A stretch of DNA of 64,000 nucleotides, taken from Bacillota bacterium. GTDB taxonomy: Bacteria; Bacillota_I; Bacilli_A; RF39; UBA660. Positions 1 to 8,025 of the stretch are shown here, piece by piece. The stretch spans positions 142 to 64,141 of the forward strand of contig SVAN01000004.1 in NCBI GenBank assembly GCA_015059375.1, given 5' to 3'. The notes below the pieces were generated by a model. The model did not search any database and was not told the origin of the DNA. It worked only from the letters and a program-made list of their open reading frames with translations. The position numbers and the translations under genes were made by a program. Each line of letters begins with the position of its first letter. Position 1 is the first letter of the stretch.

Positions 1-400
1 ATGCGCCAAGAACAATACCTAAAACGATTGTGAAGCAAACAAGAATAATTGCTAGAGAGAAGCCATTCATTTCATCAAGTGGTCCCATTGAGGGACCGTT
101 AGGATTTTTTAATGTTTTAGTAAAAGGTTTTTCCATTTCCATTCCTTGTTCGTTTAATTTACCTTGGATATATAATGCTCCCGGAGATCTCATTGAAAGC
201 GCTTGTTGTACAGGGCCACTCAAGGCTTTTAATCTTTCGGATATTTCTAAGTTCGGAGCATTTAAATTTAAATATTGATGGAGTGTTTGATTATATGCTT
301 GCATAAAATTTTCCAAGCAATTATTAGCGTCGTTATCAAGAGTTGTATATTCCAAAATTTTATAAACTAAGTTAAGATTTTCTTCGAAACTATCCTTCAT
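1..400 (-). CDS. hypothetical membrane protein, C-terminal part cut off by the window edge
   Basis: My own reverse-strand translation is open from ATG (complement of 398-400) to position 1 (133 codons: MKDSFEENLNLVYKILEYTTLDNDANN...GFSLAIILVCFTIVLGIVLGA). GGAGGA lies 8 nt upstream (complement of 409-414). It ends in a hydrophobic TM-like stretch. It is absent from the ORF track because it has no stop inside the window. Confidence 0.55.
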   Translation of the reverse strand, partial: MKDSFEENLNLVYKILEYTTLDNDANNCLENFMQAYNQTLHQYLNLNAPNLEISERLKALSGPVQQALSMRSPGALYIQGKLNEQGMEMEKPFTKTLKNPNGPSMGPLDEMNGFSLAIILVCFTIVLGIVLGA

Positions 401-494
401 AAAATCCTCCTACTATAATCAGTTTATCAAAAATACTTGGCAATTACAATTGTTTTTAAAACGTAATTAGTGTATTATATTTTTGTGATTAATT

Positions 495-1784
495 ATGAAT
501 AATGAACTTAATGAGGAATTTGTCCAAAAATTATCTGAAAGAAAAAATGAACCAAAATGGATGACTGAGTTTCGGCTTACATCATATCAAAAATTTTGTG
601 AATTAGATAATCCTTCGTTTGGCCCAACATTAAAAATTGATTTTAATAAAATTAAATATTATAAAGGAAACTTTAAATCGCCTTCATGTAATTGGGAAGG
701 AGTACATAAGAATGCTCGAGAAACTTTTCAAAAATTAGGAGTAATCGATGCTGAGAAAAAATACCTTGATGGGGTAACTAATCAATATGAAAGTGAAGTT
801 GTGTATCATAGTTCTTCGAATGAAAATATAATTTTTACCTCGACTGATGAAGCTTTAAAAAAATATCCGGAATTATTTCAAAAATATTTTAATAACTTAG
901 TTAAATTTGATGAAAATAAATATACAGCTTTAAATGGGGCGCTATGGAGCGGTGGTAGTTTTATATATGTACCTCCACATACTAAGGTTGATCGTCCTTT
1001 ACAAAGTTATTTTCGAATTGATACTAAAAACTTAGGACAATTTGAAAGGACGATTATTATAGTTGATCATGATTCAGAACTTCATTATATTGAGGGGTGT
1101 ACTGCTAAGAATTATTCAACAACATCTTTGCATGCTGGTGTGGTTGAAATATATGTTGGTAAAAATAGTAAATGTAAGTATTCGACAATTCAAAACTGGA
1201 GTAAAGATGTTTATAATTTGGTTACCAAAAGAGCAATTGTAGAAGAAAATGGTTATATGGAATGGATTGATGGTAACATAGGCAGTGGAGTAACAATGAA
1301 ATATCCATCGTGTATTCTTAAAGGGGATAATTCGGTTGGTAATTCGATTAGTATTGCTTATGCTAAAGAAGGACAATATTTAGATGCTGGTGCTAAAATG
1401 ATTCATTTAGGTAAAAATACTCGTAGTAATATTTTAAGTAAATCACTAAGTGAAGATGGTGGAATTAGTAATTATCGTGGTACGGTGAAAATTGCTAGCA
1501 ATGCAACTAATTCATATTCTAAAGTTAAATGCGACACTATTATCCTTGATAAAAAATCTAAGTCCAATACGTATCCTAAAAATATTGTTTTAAATAATTC
1601 AAGTATTTTAGAACATGAAGCGACAATTTCTAAAATAAATGAGGAAAAATTATTTTATTTAATGAGTAAAGGATTAAGTGAAAAAGCGGCGAAGGATTTG
1701 TTTGTTCTAGGCTTTATATCGGATTTTAAGAAAAGTTTACCTATGGAATATGCGGTTGAGTTAAATAGATTATTAAAAGAATAA
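495..1784 (+). CDS. sufB: Fe-S cluster assembly scaffold SufB (SufB/SufD family)
   Basis: 429 aa. Family-typical motifs GGSFIYVPPHTKVDRPLQSYFRI, HYIEGCTA and NTRSNILSKSL. No sufC/D/S/U flank it. Confidence 0.85.
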   Translation: MNNELNEEFVQKLSERKNEPKWMTEFRLTSYQKFCELDNPSFGPTLKIDFNKIKYYKGNFKSPSCNWEGVHKNARETFQKLGVIDAEKKYLDGVTNQYESEVVYHSSSNENIIFTSTDEALKKYPELFQKYFNNLVKFDENKYTALNGALWSGGSFIYVPPHTKVDRPLQSYFRIDTKNLGQFERTIIIVDHDSELHYIEGCTAKNYSTTSLHAGVVEIYVGKNSKCKYSTIQNWSKDVYNLVTKRAIVEENGYMEWIDGNIGSGVTMKYPSCILKGDNSVGNSISIAYAKEGQYLDAGAKMIHLGKNTRSNILSKSLSEDGGISNYRGTVKIASNATNSYSKVKCDTIILDKKSKSNTYPKNIVLNNSSILEHEATISKINEEKLFYLMSKGLSEKAAKDLFVLGFISDFKKSLPMEYAVELNRLLKE

Positions 1785-1810
1785 ATTTTTAAATTATATG
1801 ATAAAAAACT

Positions 1811-1850
1811 AAAAAGGAATAGATTTTTTGATATTCCTTTTTTATTTTTT
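1811..1850 (+). terminator. rho-independent terminator after sufB
   Basis: Stem AAAGGAATA (1813-1821) pairs with TATTCCTTT (1832-1840), followed by a T-run. Confidence 0.75.
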
Positions 1851-1926
1851 TTAGATAAATATTAATTTTTAGAAATTTGTAAAAGCATTTTTATTAATGT
1901 ATATTGCTTCCTAGAAAGGAGGTTAT

Positions 1927-2313
1927 ATGAATCATGTTGTTTTGGTAGGCAGACTTGTTGAAGAACCAAAAGTAACAACGACAGAAACCGGCAAACAAGT
2001 TACTAGTGTTACCGTCGCAGTTACACGCAACTTTAAAAATCCTGAAGGTATATACGAGTCTGATTTTATAAGATGTGTCCTTTGGAACGGAATTGCAGCG
2101 AATACTTCAGAGTACTGTCATACTGGAGATGTTATTGGAGTAAAAGGTAGACTTCAAACGTCAAATTACAATGATGAAAATGGTAAAAGACATTTTGTAA
2201 TGGAAGTTGTAGCAGAAAAAGTTACATTTCTATCATCTAATAAAAACAAGGAAGTAAAAAATGAAGAAGTTAAAAGTAGTAATAGTAGTAAAAAATCTAA
2301 GAAAGGTGAATAA
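1927..2313 (+). CDS. ssb: single-stranded DNA-binding protein paralog (SsbB-like, no acidic tail)
   Basis: 128 aa. N-terminal OB fold (NHVVLVGRLVEEPKV...VTVAVTR...RCVLWNG...VKGRLQTSNY). The C-terminus is Lys/Ser-rich (SSNSSKKSKKGE) instead of the acidic D-D-D-I/L-P-F tip. It is not in an rpsF-ssb-rpsR context. Confidence 0.8.
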   Translation: MNHVVLVGRLVEEPKVTTTETGKQVTSVTVAVTRNFKNPEGIYESDFIRCVLWNGIAANTSEYCHTGDVIGVKGRLQTSNYNDENGKRHFVMEVVAEKVTFLSSNKNKEVKNEEVKSSNSSKKSKKGE

Positions 2314-2586
2314 ATACATCAAAATAGACTCAATCACAGACAATCTTTCTTTTTAAATATGCTATTGATATAATTAAAATGGTGATTGTATATGCTAGCG
2401 GATTTCTTGAAAAATAGAATAAATATGCAGAATAAACATTTATATGTGAGAATGGGCATATAATTATTAATGCTAATTTAGTTTCAGAATTATTAAAGGC
2501 AATAGGCGAAGGTCAAATATCTTTAATATTAGATGAAAAAGATAAGATGATTATAATTGGCTCGGGAAAGCCAAACGGTTAACGTT

Positions 2587-2620
2587 AAAAAATAGTTGAT
2601 GAAAACCAACTATTTTTTGT
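2587..2620 (+). terminator. rho-independent terminator
   Basis: AAAATAGTTG ... CAACTATTTT hairpin followed by a T-run, directly after the small disrupted ORF at 2392-2582. Confidence 0.7.
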
Positions 2621-2748
2621 TTCTTAAAAGTTTTTGAATATTAGAGTTATTTCCTTGCATACTAATATAAAAAAGTTTACAGTTGGTAATGTTTACACAA
2701 AATAAACAATTGTTCTTTTATACTTAGTCATGAAAGCTGGAGGAAGTA

Positions 2749-3105
2749 ATGATAGTAGGTTCAAGATTAAAAGAGGCTAGAAAAAGCAAGGGGTTATCAC
2801 AAGAGTCCCTTGGAAAATTATTAGGATTAAGTAAAGCAGCAATTAGTTTATATGAAAGTGAGAAACGTAATCCAACGCTTGAGAGTATAGTTGAGTTAAT
2901 GTATATTTTAGGCGTTTCCGCAGACTACTTATTAGGGACTGATGTAATAATTGAAGTTAAAGAAGAAAAGATTCCTAAATATCGAACTTTCACTAAGGAA
3001 GAAGTGGCGTTTATTAATGAGCTACGTAAAGATAAGCTCCTTTATGAAATTTTGTTTACTGACTCAAAACGCGGGATTGAAATAATTAGACAAAGAATTG
3101 GTTAA
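2749..3105 (+). CDS. XRE-family helix-turn-helix transcriptional regulator
   Basis: 118 aa. N-terminal Cro/C1-type HTH: RLKEARKSKGLSQESLGKLLGLSKAAISLYESEKRNPTLESIVELMYILGVSADYLLG. Confidence 0.85.
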   Translation: MIVGSRLKEARKSKGLSQESLGKLLGLSKAAISLYESEKRNPTLESIVELMYILGVSADYLLGTDVIIEVKEEKIPKYRTFTKEEVAFINELRKDKLLYEILFTDSKRGIEIIRQRIG

Positions 3106-3152
3106 AAGGCCAATTTTTTTCATGGTATTTCATATACTTATAAAGAGGTAAT

Positions 3153-3938
3153 ATGAAAGATATAATTAAATATATTGGGCTATTATTTTTAATTGTTTTT
3201 AGTTTTTATTATACTGACAAAATATCAACAATGATTATTTATAATAGTAATTTAATGAAGGAAATTGTGAATAACAAAGAAAAGGAAGGTATTCCATCAG
3301 AAAATGCTGTTATTTCAGGAAGTTTTATTGTTCCGGGTATAAATGGTAAAATAGTAAATGAACTAGATAGTTATTATCAAATGAAAGGGGATTATTTGTA
3401 TCAAAGCAGTAAACTTATTTTTAATGAAGTATTTCCCGAAATATCTTTAGAACAAAATAAACATTTAGTAATCAATCGAGCAAATCAAAGTAAAAAAGCG
3501 GTATCTATTGTTGTAAAAGACAATTCTAATATTATTAATTATTCTGAAAAAGAGAAAATTGCTATAAATAAATTAATAAAATATGAAGAATTTTCTAAGA
3601 ATAGTTATTTTGAACAAATTAATAATGATCAGGATATGGCAAAATTAGATGTATTACTACATAAATATAATATGAATACTAATATATGCTTTGTAAATGA
3701 TTTTAATCGTAATATATGCAAAAAAGGTAGCAAGTATTTGGTAGCAGCAACTTACGAAGTAGATAATGTTTCAATTATTGGATTAGAAATAGAATCGGGT
3801 GATATTATTCTAATAAGTGATAATTTAAGCTTAGCTAATTATAAAGTGTTACTTAAGAAAATTTACTATCGAGATTTAGATGTTGTTTTTCTTAGCCGTT
3901 TAATTAGCGAAAAAAGAAATTATCTTGAGGAAAGTTGA
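3153..3938 (+). CDS. hypothetical membrane-anchored protein
   Basis: 261 aa. One N-terminal TM (YIGLLFLIVFSFYY) followed by an extracytoplasmic domain. There is faint resemblance to polysaccharide-deacetylase-like sporulation proteins (…SGDIILISD…), but I see no catalytic motifs. Confidence 0.5.
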   Translation: MKDIIKYIGLLFLIVFSFYYTDKISTMIIYNSNLMKEIVNNKEKEGIPSENAVISGSFIVPGINGKIVNELDSYYQMKGDYLYQSSKLIFNEVFPEISLEQNKHLVINRANQSKKAVSIVVKDNSNIINYSEKEKIAINKLIKYEEFSKNSYFEQINNDQDMAKLDVLLHKYNMNTNICFVNDFNRNICKKGSKYLVAATYEVDNVSIIGLEIESGDIILISDNLSLANYKVLLKKIYYRDLDVVFLSRLISEKRNYLEES

Positions 3939-4004
3939 TTTATTTATTAATTTTTGTTATACTTATTCCACCAAGAAGACTTTATTTTTTTGAAGGTGAT
4001 AAAT

Positions 4005-5639
4005 ATGTGTAAAATTAAAATTTTTGGTTTGGGCGGTTTAGATGAAAATGGAAAAAACGCCTATGTTGTTGAAATAGATGACGATATTTTTGTTTTTGAT
4101 TGTGGTTTGAAATATGCAACCGGTAACTTATTAGGTATTGACTATGTTATTCCTGATTTTTCGTATTTAATTAAAAATCGAAAAAGAATTAAAGGGGTAT
4201 TTATAACACATGGGCATCAAGAAAATATGGGCAGTGTTTCTGATTTAATTGCTCAAATTCCAAATGTGAGAATTTATGCTACAAAATTTACGAAATTCTG
4301 TTTACTTGAAGACGGAGTTAAAGAAGAAAATATTGTGGAAATTAAGGCTCATAAAAAAATCTCATTTGGTAAAGTTTCTATTTTCCCAATCACGATTTCA
4401 CATAGTTGTCCAGATTCTGTAATGTTTGTTATCAATACTGAAGATGGAGCTATTTGTTATACTGGCGACTTTTTAATTGATCCCTCAATGATGGGCGCTT
4501 ACGATAGTGATTTAGGAAAAATTGCTTATGTTGGAAAGCAAGGTGTACTGTGTCTTTTGTGTGAAAGTAGTTTTGCCGAAATCCCTGGACACACTTCGCC
4601 GAAACATAAATTACAAGGATTTTTTAAAGATATTGTAAAACATAACGAAAAAAGAATAATTTTTAGTGTTTTACCAAATCATCTATATACGATTCAAGAA
4701 ATATTTAATTCATTAGCGTCCTCTCATCGTAAAGTGGTAGTCATGGGTAAAAAACTTCAAAATGTAATTAATTATTCAATTGATAATGGTTATTTGACAG
4801 TTGAAGATGGCATTTTGGGCGACCTTTCTAATTTAAAAGATGAAAATGCTGTGTTGTTAGTGAGTGATGATAAAGCCTATCCTTATGCTAATTTAAATAA
4901 AATATTAAATGGATACGATAAATTCATTTCATTATTGCCCACGGATACTGTAGTATTTTCTGAACCCAAATATGATAGTAGTGAAAAGATTTTTGTTAAA
5001 TTAGAAAATGAACTAGCAAAATTTGGCTGTAATGTAGTTGATATTCCTAAGGGCTATTCGATTTTACAACATGCCTCAAGAGAAGATTTAATGTTAATGA
5101 TTAAACTATTAAATCCTAAGTACTATTTGCCAGTTCGAGGTGAATATCGTTATATGGTAGGAAATGCAAATGTGGCATCATTATTAAATATTCCAAATGA
5201 AAATATTTTGTTAAAACAAAACGGTGATGTAGTCACAATTAATAATAAAACTTTAGAGGATAAATTTGAACATATTAGAGTTGATGACATTTTTATTGAT
5301 GGTAATAGTTCTGACGATATTGGAGATTTAGTAATCAAGGATAGAGAAATCTTGTCTGAAAATGGAATTGTTTTAATAAGTGCAACAGTTTCGAAAAAAG
5401 ATAAAGTTTTATTAGTAGGTCCTGAAGTAACAACAAGGGGTTTTATTTATGTTAAAGATTCGAAAGAAATGATTGAAGAAATTAAGAAAATCTGTGAACA
5501 AGTAATAACTAGTAATATTACTCCAAACTATGTTGATTATAATTTGATTAAGACTCAAATTCGCGAAGAGTTAGGTGAATATTTATACAAAGAAACAGAA
5601 TGTAAACCTATGATTATCGCCGTTGTTCAAGAGGTATAA
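4005..5639 (+). CDS. rnj: ribonuclease J family protein with degenerate catalytic motifs (J2-like paralog)
   Basis: Collinear with RNase J: metallo-beta-lactamase, beta-CASP and C-terminal domains (KIKIFGLGGLDENGKN..., YTGDF, GVLCLLCES, PVRGEYRYM, ...MIIAVVQEV end). Start moved to ATG 4005 behind GAAGGTGA. Motif II reads HGHQEN, not HGHEDH. Confidence 0.85.
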   Translation: MCKIKIFGLGGLDENGKNAYVVEIDDDIFVFDCGLKYATGNLLGIDYVIPDFSYLIKNRKRIKGVFITHGHQENMGSVSDLIAQIPNVRIYATKFTKFCLLEDGVKEENIVEIKAHKKISFGKVSIFPITISHSCPDSVMFVINTEDGAICYTGDFLIDPSMMGAYDSDLGKIAYVGKQGVLCLLCESSFAEIPGHTSPKHKLQGFFKDIVKHNEKRIIFSVLPNHLYTIQEIFNSLASSHRKVVVMGKKLQNVINYSIDNGYLTVEDGILGDLSNLKDENAVLLVSDDKAYPYANLNKILNGYDKFISLLPTDTVVFSEPKYDSSEKIFVKLENELAKFGCNVVDIPKGYSILQHASREDLMLMIKLLNPKYYLPVRGEYRYMVGNANVASLLNIPNENILLKQNGDVVTINNKTLEDKFEHIRVDDIFIDGNSSDDIGDLVIKDREILSENGIVLISATVSKKDKVLLVGPEVTTRGFIYVKDSKEMIEEIKKICEQVITSNITPNYVDYNLIKTQIREELGEYLYKETECKPMIIAVVQEV

Positions 5640-5650
5640 TAACAAGTAAA

Positions 5651-5680
5651 TCATCCATAATAATTATGGGTGATTTTTTT
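5651..5680 (+). terminator. rho-independent terminator after rnj
   Basis: TCATCCAT (5651-5658) pairs with ATGGGTGA (5666-5673, one G-U), then T7. It overlaps the GTG at 5670 proposed as the start of the next ORF. Confidence 0.6.
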
Positions 5681-6116
5681 GACTAAAAATATAGACTTTT
5701 TGAATGATATTTATCAAAATGCACAAATGGGAATTATTGGTATTGATGAAGTTTTGTATAAAGTTAAAGATGATAAATTAAAAAGAGAATTAGAAAGAGA
5801 GAAAAAAGGATTTAATAAGATTATTACTAAATGTACAAAAAATTTAAAAGAATATAAGTGTAAACCAAAGAAAATAAGTTTTATGACTAAAATGAGTTCG
5901 GAATTTTATAGTGAAATGAAACTTAAAAGCGAAAATTGCGATGATATTATTCTCAAAATGATGATTGAAGGATCATATAAAAGTGTTGGAATTTTAACAA
6001 CAAAATTAATGACAAATGATGATTTATCTCAGGTTTCACTCGATTTAGCAGATAAACTTTTAGAGATGATTAACAGCAATATTGAACATTTAAAAAAGTT
6101 CGATAAAATTTGTTGA
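5670..6116 (+). CDS. hypothetical cytoplasmic helical protein
   Basis: 148-aa ORF, Lys/Glu-rich and predicted helical. The start is uncertain: GTG 5670 sits inside the upstream terminator, and TTG 5679 or ATG 5727 are alternatives. No family recognised. Confidence 0.5.
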   Translation: MIFLTKNIDFLNDIYQNAQMGIIGIDEVLYKVKDDKLKRELEREKKGFNKIITKCTKNLKEYKCKPKKISFMTKMSSEFYSEMKLKSENCDDIILKMMIEGSYKSVGILTTKLMTNDDLSQVSLDLADKLLEMINSNIEHLKKFDKIC

Positions 6117-6158
6117 GTCGAATTTAAATTTGTGCTATTATTATGATAAGGTGAATGT

Positions 6159-7253
6159 ATGAAGCATAACAAGTACACGCTAATCATCGTTATAATAATG
6201 GCACTTATTTCTTTTATGTGCTTATCTTTAAGCGTGTCTTACTCTTATGTTTTACGTTCGCGCGTATCGGGAAATGCATTAGTAATTACAACTGGAAATT
6301 TAACTTCTACAGTTACATATACATCTAAAGATTTATTTTTAATTTCACAAAGTGATGATGACGGTTTAGCTCAAGACGAATATGGGATTATTAATATTGC
6401 TAAAAATAATGTTTATAGTGTATTTTACACGATGAATATTGGTTATGCAGTTGATGAACTTCCTTCGGACAAAACTGCTGCAGATTTATTACCAATGGAA
6501 TATATTAGAGTTGCGTTATATGAAATAAGTGGGGGATCATTAAGTGAAAATCCAATCGTGGGACCGATTAAATTAACTGATTTAACGGTATCTTCAGTTA
6601 ATGCTGATAGTGTATATCGTGACACTTTTTTATTAAATTATGGAACGTTTAATTCTGGTAATCAAACTAAAACATTTGGCTTAAAAGTTTGGCTTGATGA
6701 AAATACGCCAATAAGTTATGATGAATATTTAATATATTTAGGAATTAGTGTAAACCAAGAAACGTTAGTAAGCAAATCAATATATAATTTATCTGGTAAA
6801 GTGCTTAATTCAAGTGGTAGTGCAATAAGTGGTGCAACCGTTAAATTCCATAATGGAAAAGTTACCTCAACGACAGCTGCCGATGGGACATATAGTTTAA
6901 ATAATGTTCCAACCGGAACTTACAATATTTCAGTACTATATAATGGTGTCGAATATAAAACGACTATGCATGTTAAATATGGTCAAAGTGTTGCACTACA
7001 AAGTACAGGAGGCGCTACCGGAGCGGCAAGTACTTACCTACAAAGTAGTGCATATACATATTATACTTCTCCAGGCTTGATTATGTCTGCAAATAATCTT
7101 TCAACAACATCAAATCAATTAACGACATCAACTTATACAATTCCAAATGCGTATGTGTTAACAGGGCTAGAATCTTTAAGTATTTTATCAATTAATAACT
7201 TGAATTTAACGTTAAATAATGATAATACTTTAAGTATAGCGTTAGCGTCGTAG
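6159..7253 (+). CDS. secreted/anchored protein: divergent member of the local paralog family fused to a carboxypeptidase-regulatory-like beta-sandwich
   Basis: 364 aa. N-terminal n-region plus h-region ending in SVSYSYV (a variant of the SipW-class motif). Residues ~210-270, SGKVLNSSGSAISGATVKFHNGKVTSTTAADGTYSLNNVPTGTYNISVLYNGVEY, match the CarboxypepD_reg pattern. The C-terminal region is Ser/Thr/Asn-rich. Confidence 0.7.
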   Translation: MKHNKYTLIIVIIMALISFMCLSLSVSYSYVLRSRVSGNALVITTGNLTSTVTYTSKDLFLISQSDDDGLAQDEYGIINIAKNNVYSVFYTMNIGYAVDELPSDKTAADLLPMEYIRVALYEISGGSLSENPIVGPIKLTDLTVSSVNADSVYRDTFLLNYGTFNSGNQTKTFGLKVWLDENTPISYDEYLIYLGISVNQETLVSKSIYNLSGKVLNSSGSAISGATVKFHNGKVTSTTAADGTYSLNNVPTGTYNISVLYNGVEYKTTMHVKYGQSVALQSTGGATGAASTYLQSSAYTYYTSPGLIMSANNLSTTSNQLTTSTYTIPNAYVLTGLESLSILSINNLNLTLNNDNTLSIALAS

Positions 7254-7269
7254 GAAAGGGAATGAAGTA

Positions 7270-7941
7270 ATGAAGACAGAAAGAATAAATATACCATTAA
7301 CTGCCATTTCCCTAATGTCGCTACTATTTATAACCATATCTGCGTCATATGCTTACTTTAGTTCCAAAGCGCAAGGCGATATAACTGTAAATACAAATGT
7401 AACAACTGTGGACGCGGCAACGTTTACTGCATACACATTGGATGCAATAGAGTTAAATGTTACTAGTGAAGATATGTTTTCGTCAAGTACTACACCAGCA
7501 AAAAGTGATAATGGCACAATTGTTGCATCACTAGCGTCTCCACAAGAAAATATTACTGTTAATTGCAGTTATGACATTGAATTAATCTGGGATACAACAG
7601 ATCAATATACCTCTCCAACAACAACTTTAGCAGCCCCATATCCATATGAAATATCATTATTGGGAACGCAAAGCGTAAGCGGAGATACAACAGGACATAC
7701 TTATACAGTAAGTTCATTAACAGAGACTAATTTAACAGGGTTTACTTGGAACGGAACCATAGGCGAAGTAGGGCGAAGTGCCAAAGTAATCTCTGGTGCA
7801 CAAATATATAGCAAATCGTTAAATGCAACGACAGCAACTTGGAACTTTACACTTAATTTTTATTCGTTGCCAACAGACCAAACCGCGATTACCGGCAAAA
7901 ATTATGGCGCTCATTTAGCGGTTACAAATGTAATTTGTTAA
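7270..7941 (+). CDS. secreted TasA/camelysin-like (SipW-class signal peptide) paralog 2
   Basis: 223 aa. Signal region ...LLFITISASYAYFSS, internal Cys99 (VNCSYDIELIW), C-terminal ...LAVTNVIC. RBS GGAAAGGGA sits just after the stop of the previous gene. Confidence 0.75.
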   Translation: MKTERINIPLTAISLMSLLFITISASYAYFSSKAQGDITVNTNVTTVDAATFTAYTLDAIELNVTSEDMFSSSTTPAKSDNGTIVASLASPQENITVNCSYDIELIWDTTDQYTSPTTTLAAPYPYEISLLGTQSVSGDTTGHTYTVSSLTETNLTGFTWNGTIGEVGRSAKVISGAQIYSKSLNATTATWNFTLNFYSLPTDQTAITGKNYGAHLAVTNVIC

Positions 7942-7968
7942 TTTGTGTTAAATTAGTAACAAAAACAC

Positions 7969-7997
7969 TTGCTAACTATAGCAAGGTGTGATAATAT
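7969..7997 (+). promoter_or_regulatory. putative sigma-A promoter of the central paralog
   Basis: TTGCTA (7969-7974), 17-nt spacer, TAATAT (7992-7997) with TG at the extended -10 position. An imperfect hairpin CACTTGCT/AGCAAGGTG overlaps it. Confidence 0.45.
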
Positions 7998-8025
7998 TTA
8001 TAATAGAAAGGAGATAACAAAAGAG

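Noticed and set aside
30-278. 82-aa + strand ORF from the ORF track
   Set aside because: It lies antisense to a better-supported minus-strand CDS (1-400). That CDS has a GGAGGA RBS, an uninterrupted 133-codon frame and a TM-like segment. The + ORF has no RBS and an odd composition.
3954-4004. Upstream start at 3954 for RNase J
   Set aside because: RNase J homologues begin at the ...KIKIFGLGG... strand, and ATG 4005 has the GAAGGTGA RBS.
7969-8025. TTG start at 7969 for the central paralog (ORF-track model, 241 aa)
   Set aside because: The extra 19 aa (MLTIARCDNIYNRKEITKE) would precede the signal peptide. ATG 8026 has a strong RBS and gives an n-region like its paralogs, and TTGCTA at 7969 fits a -35 box better.
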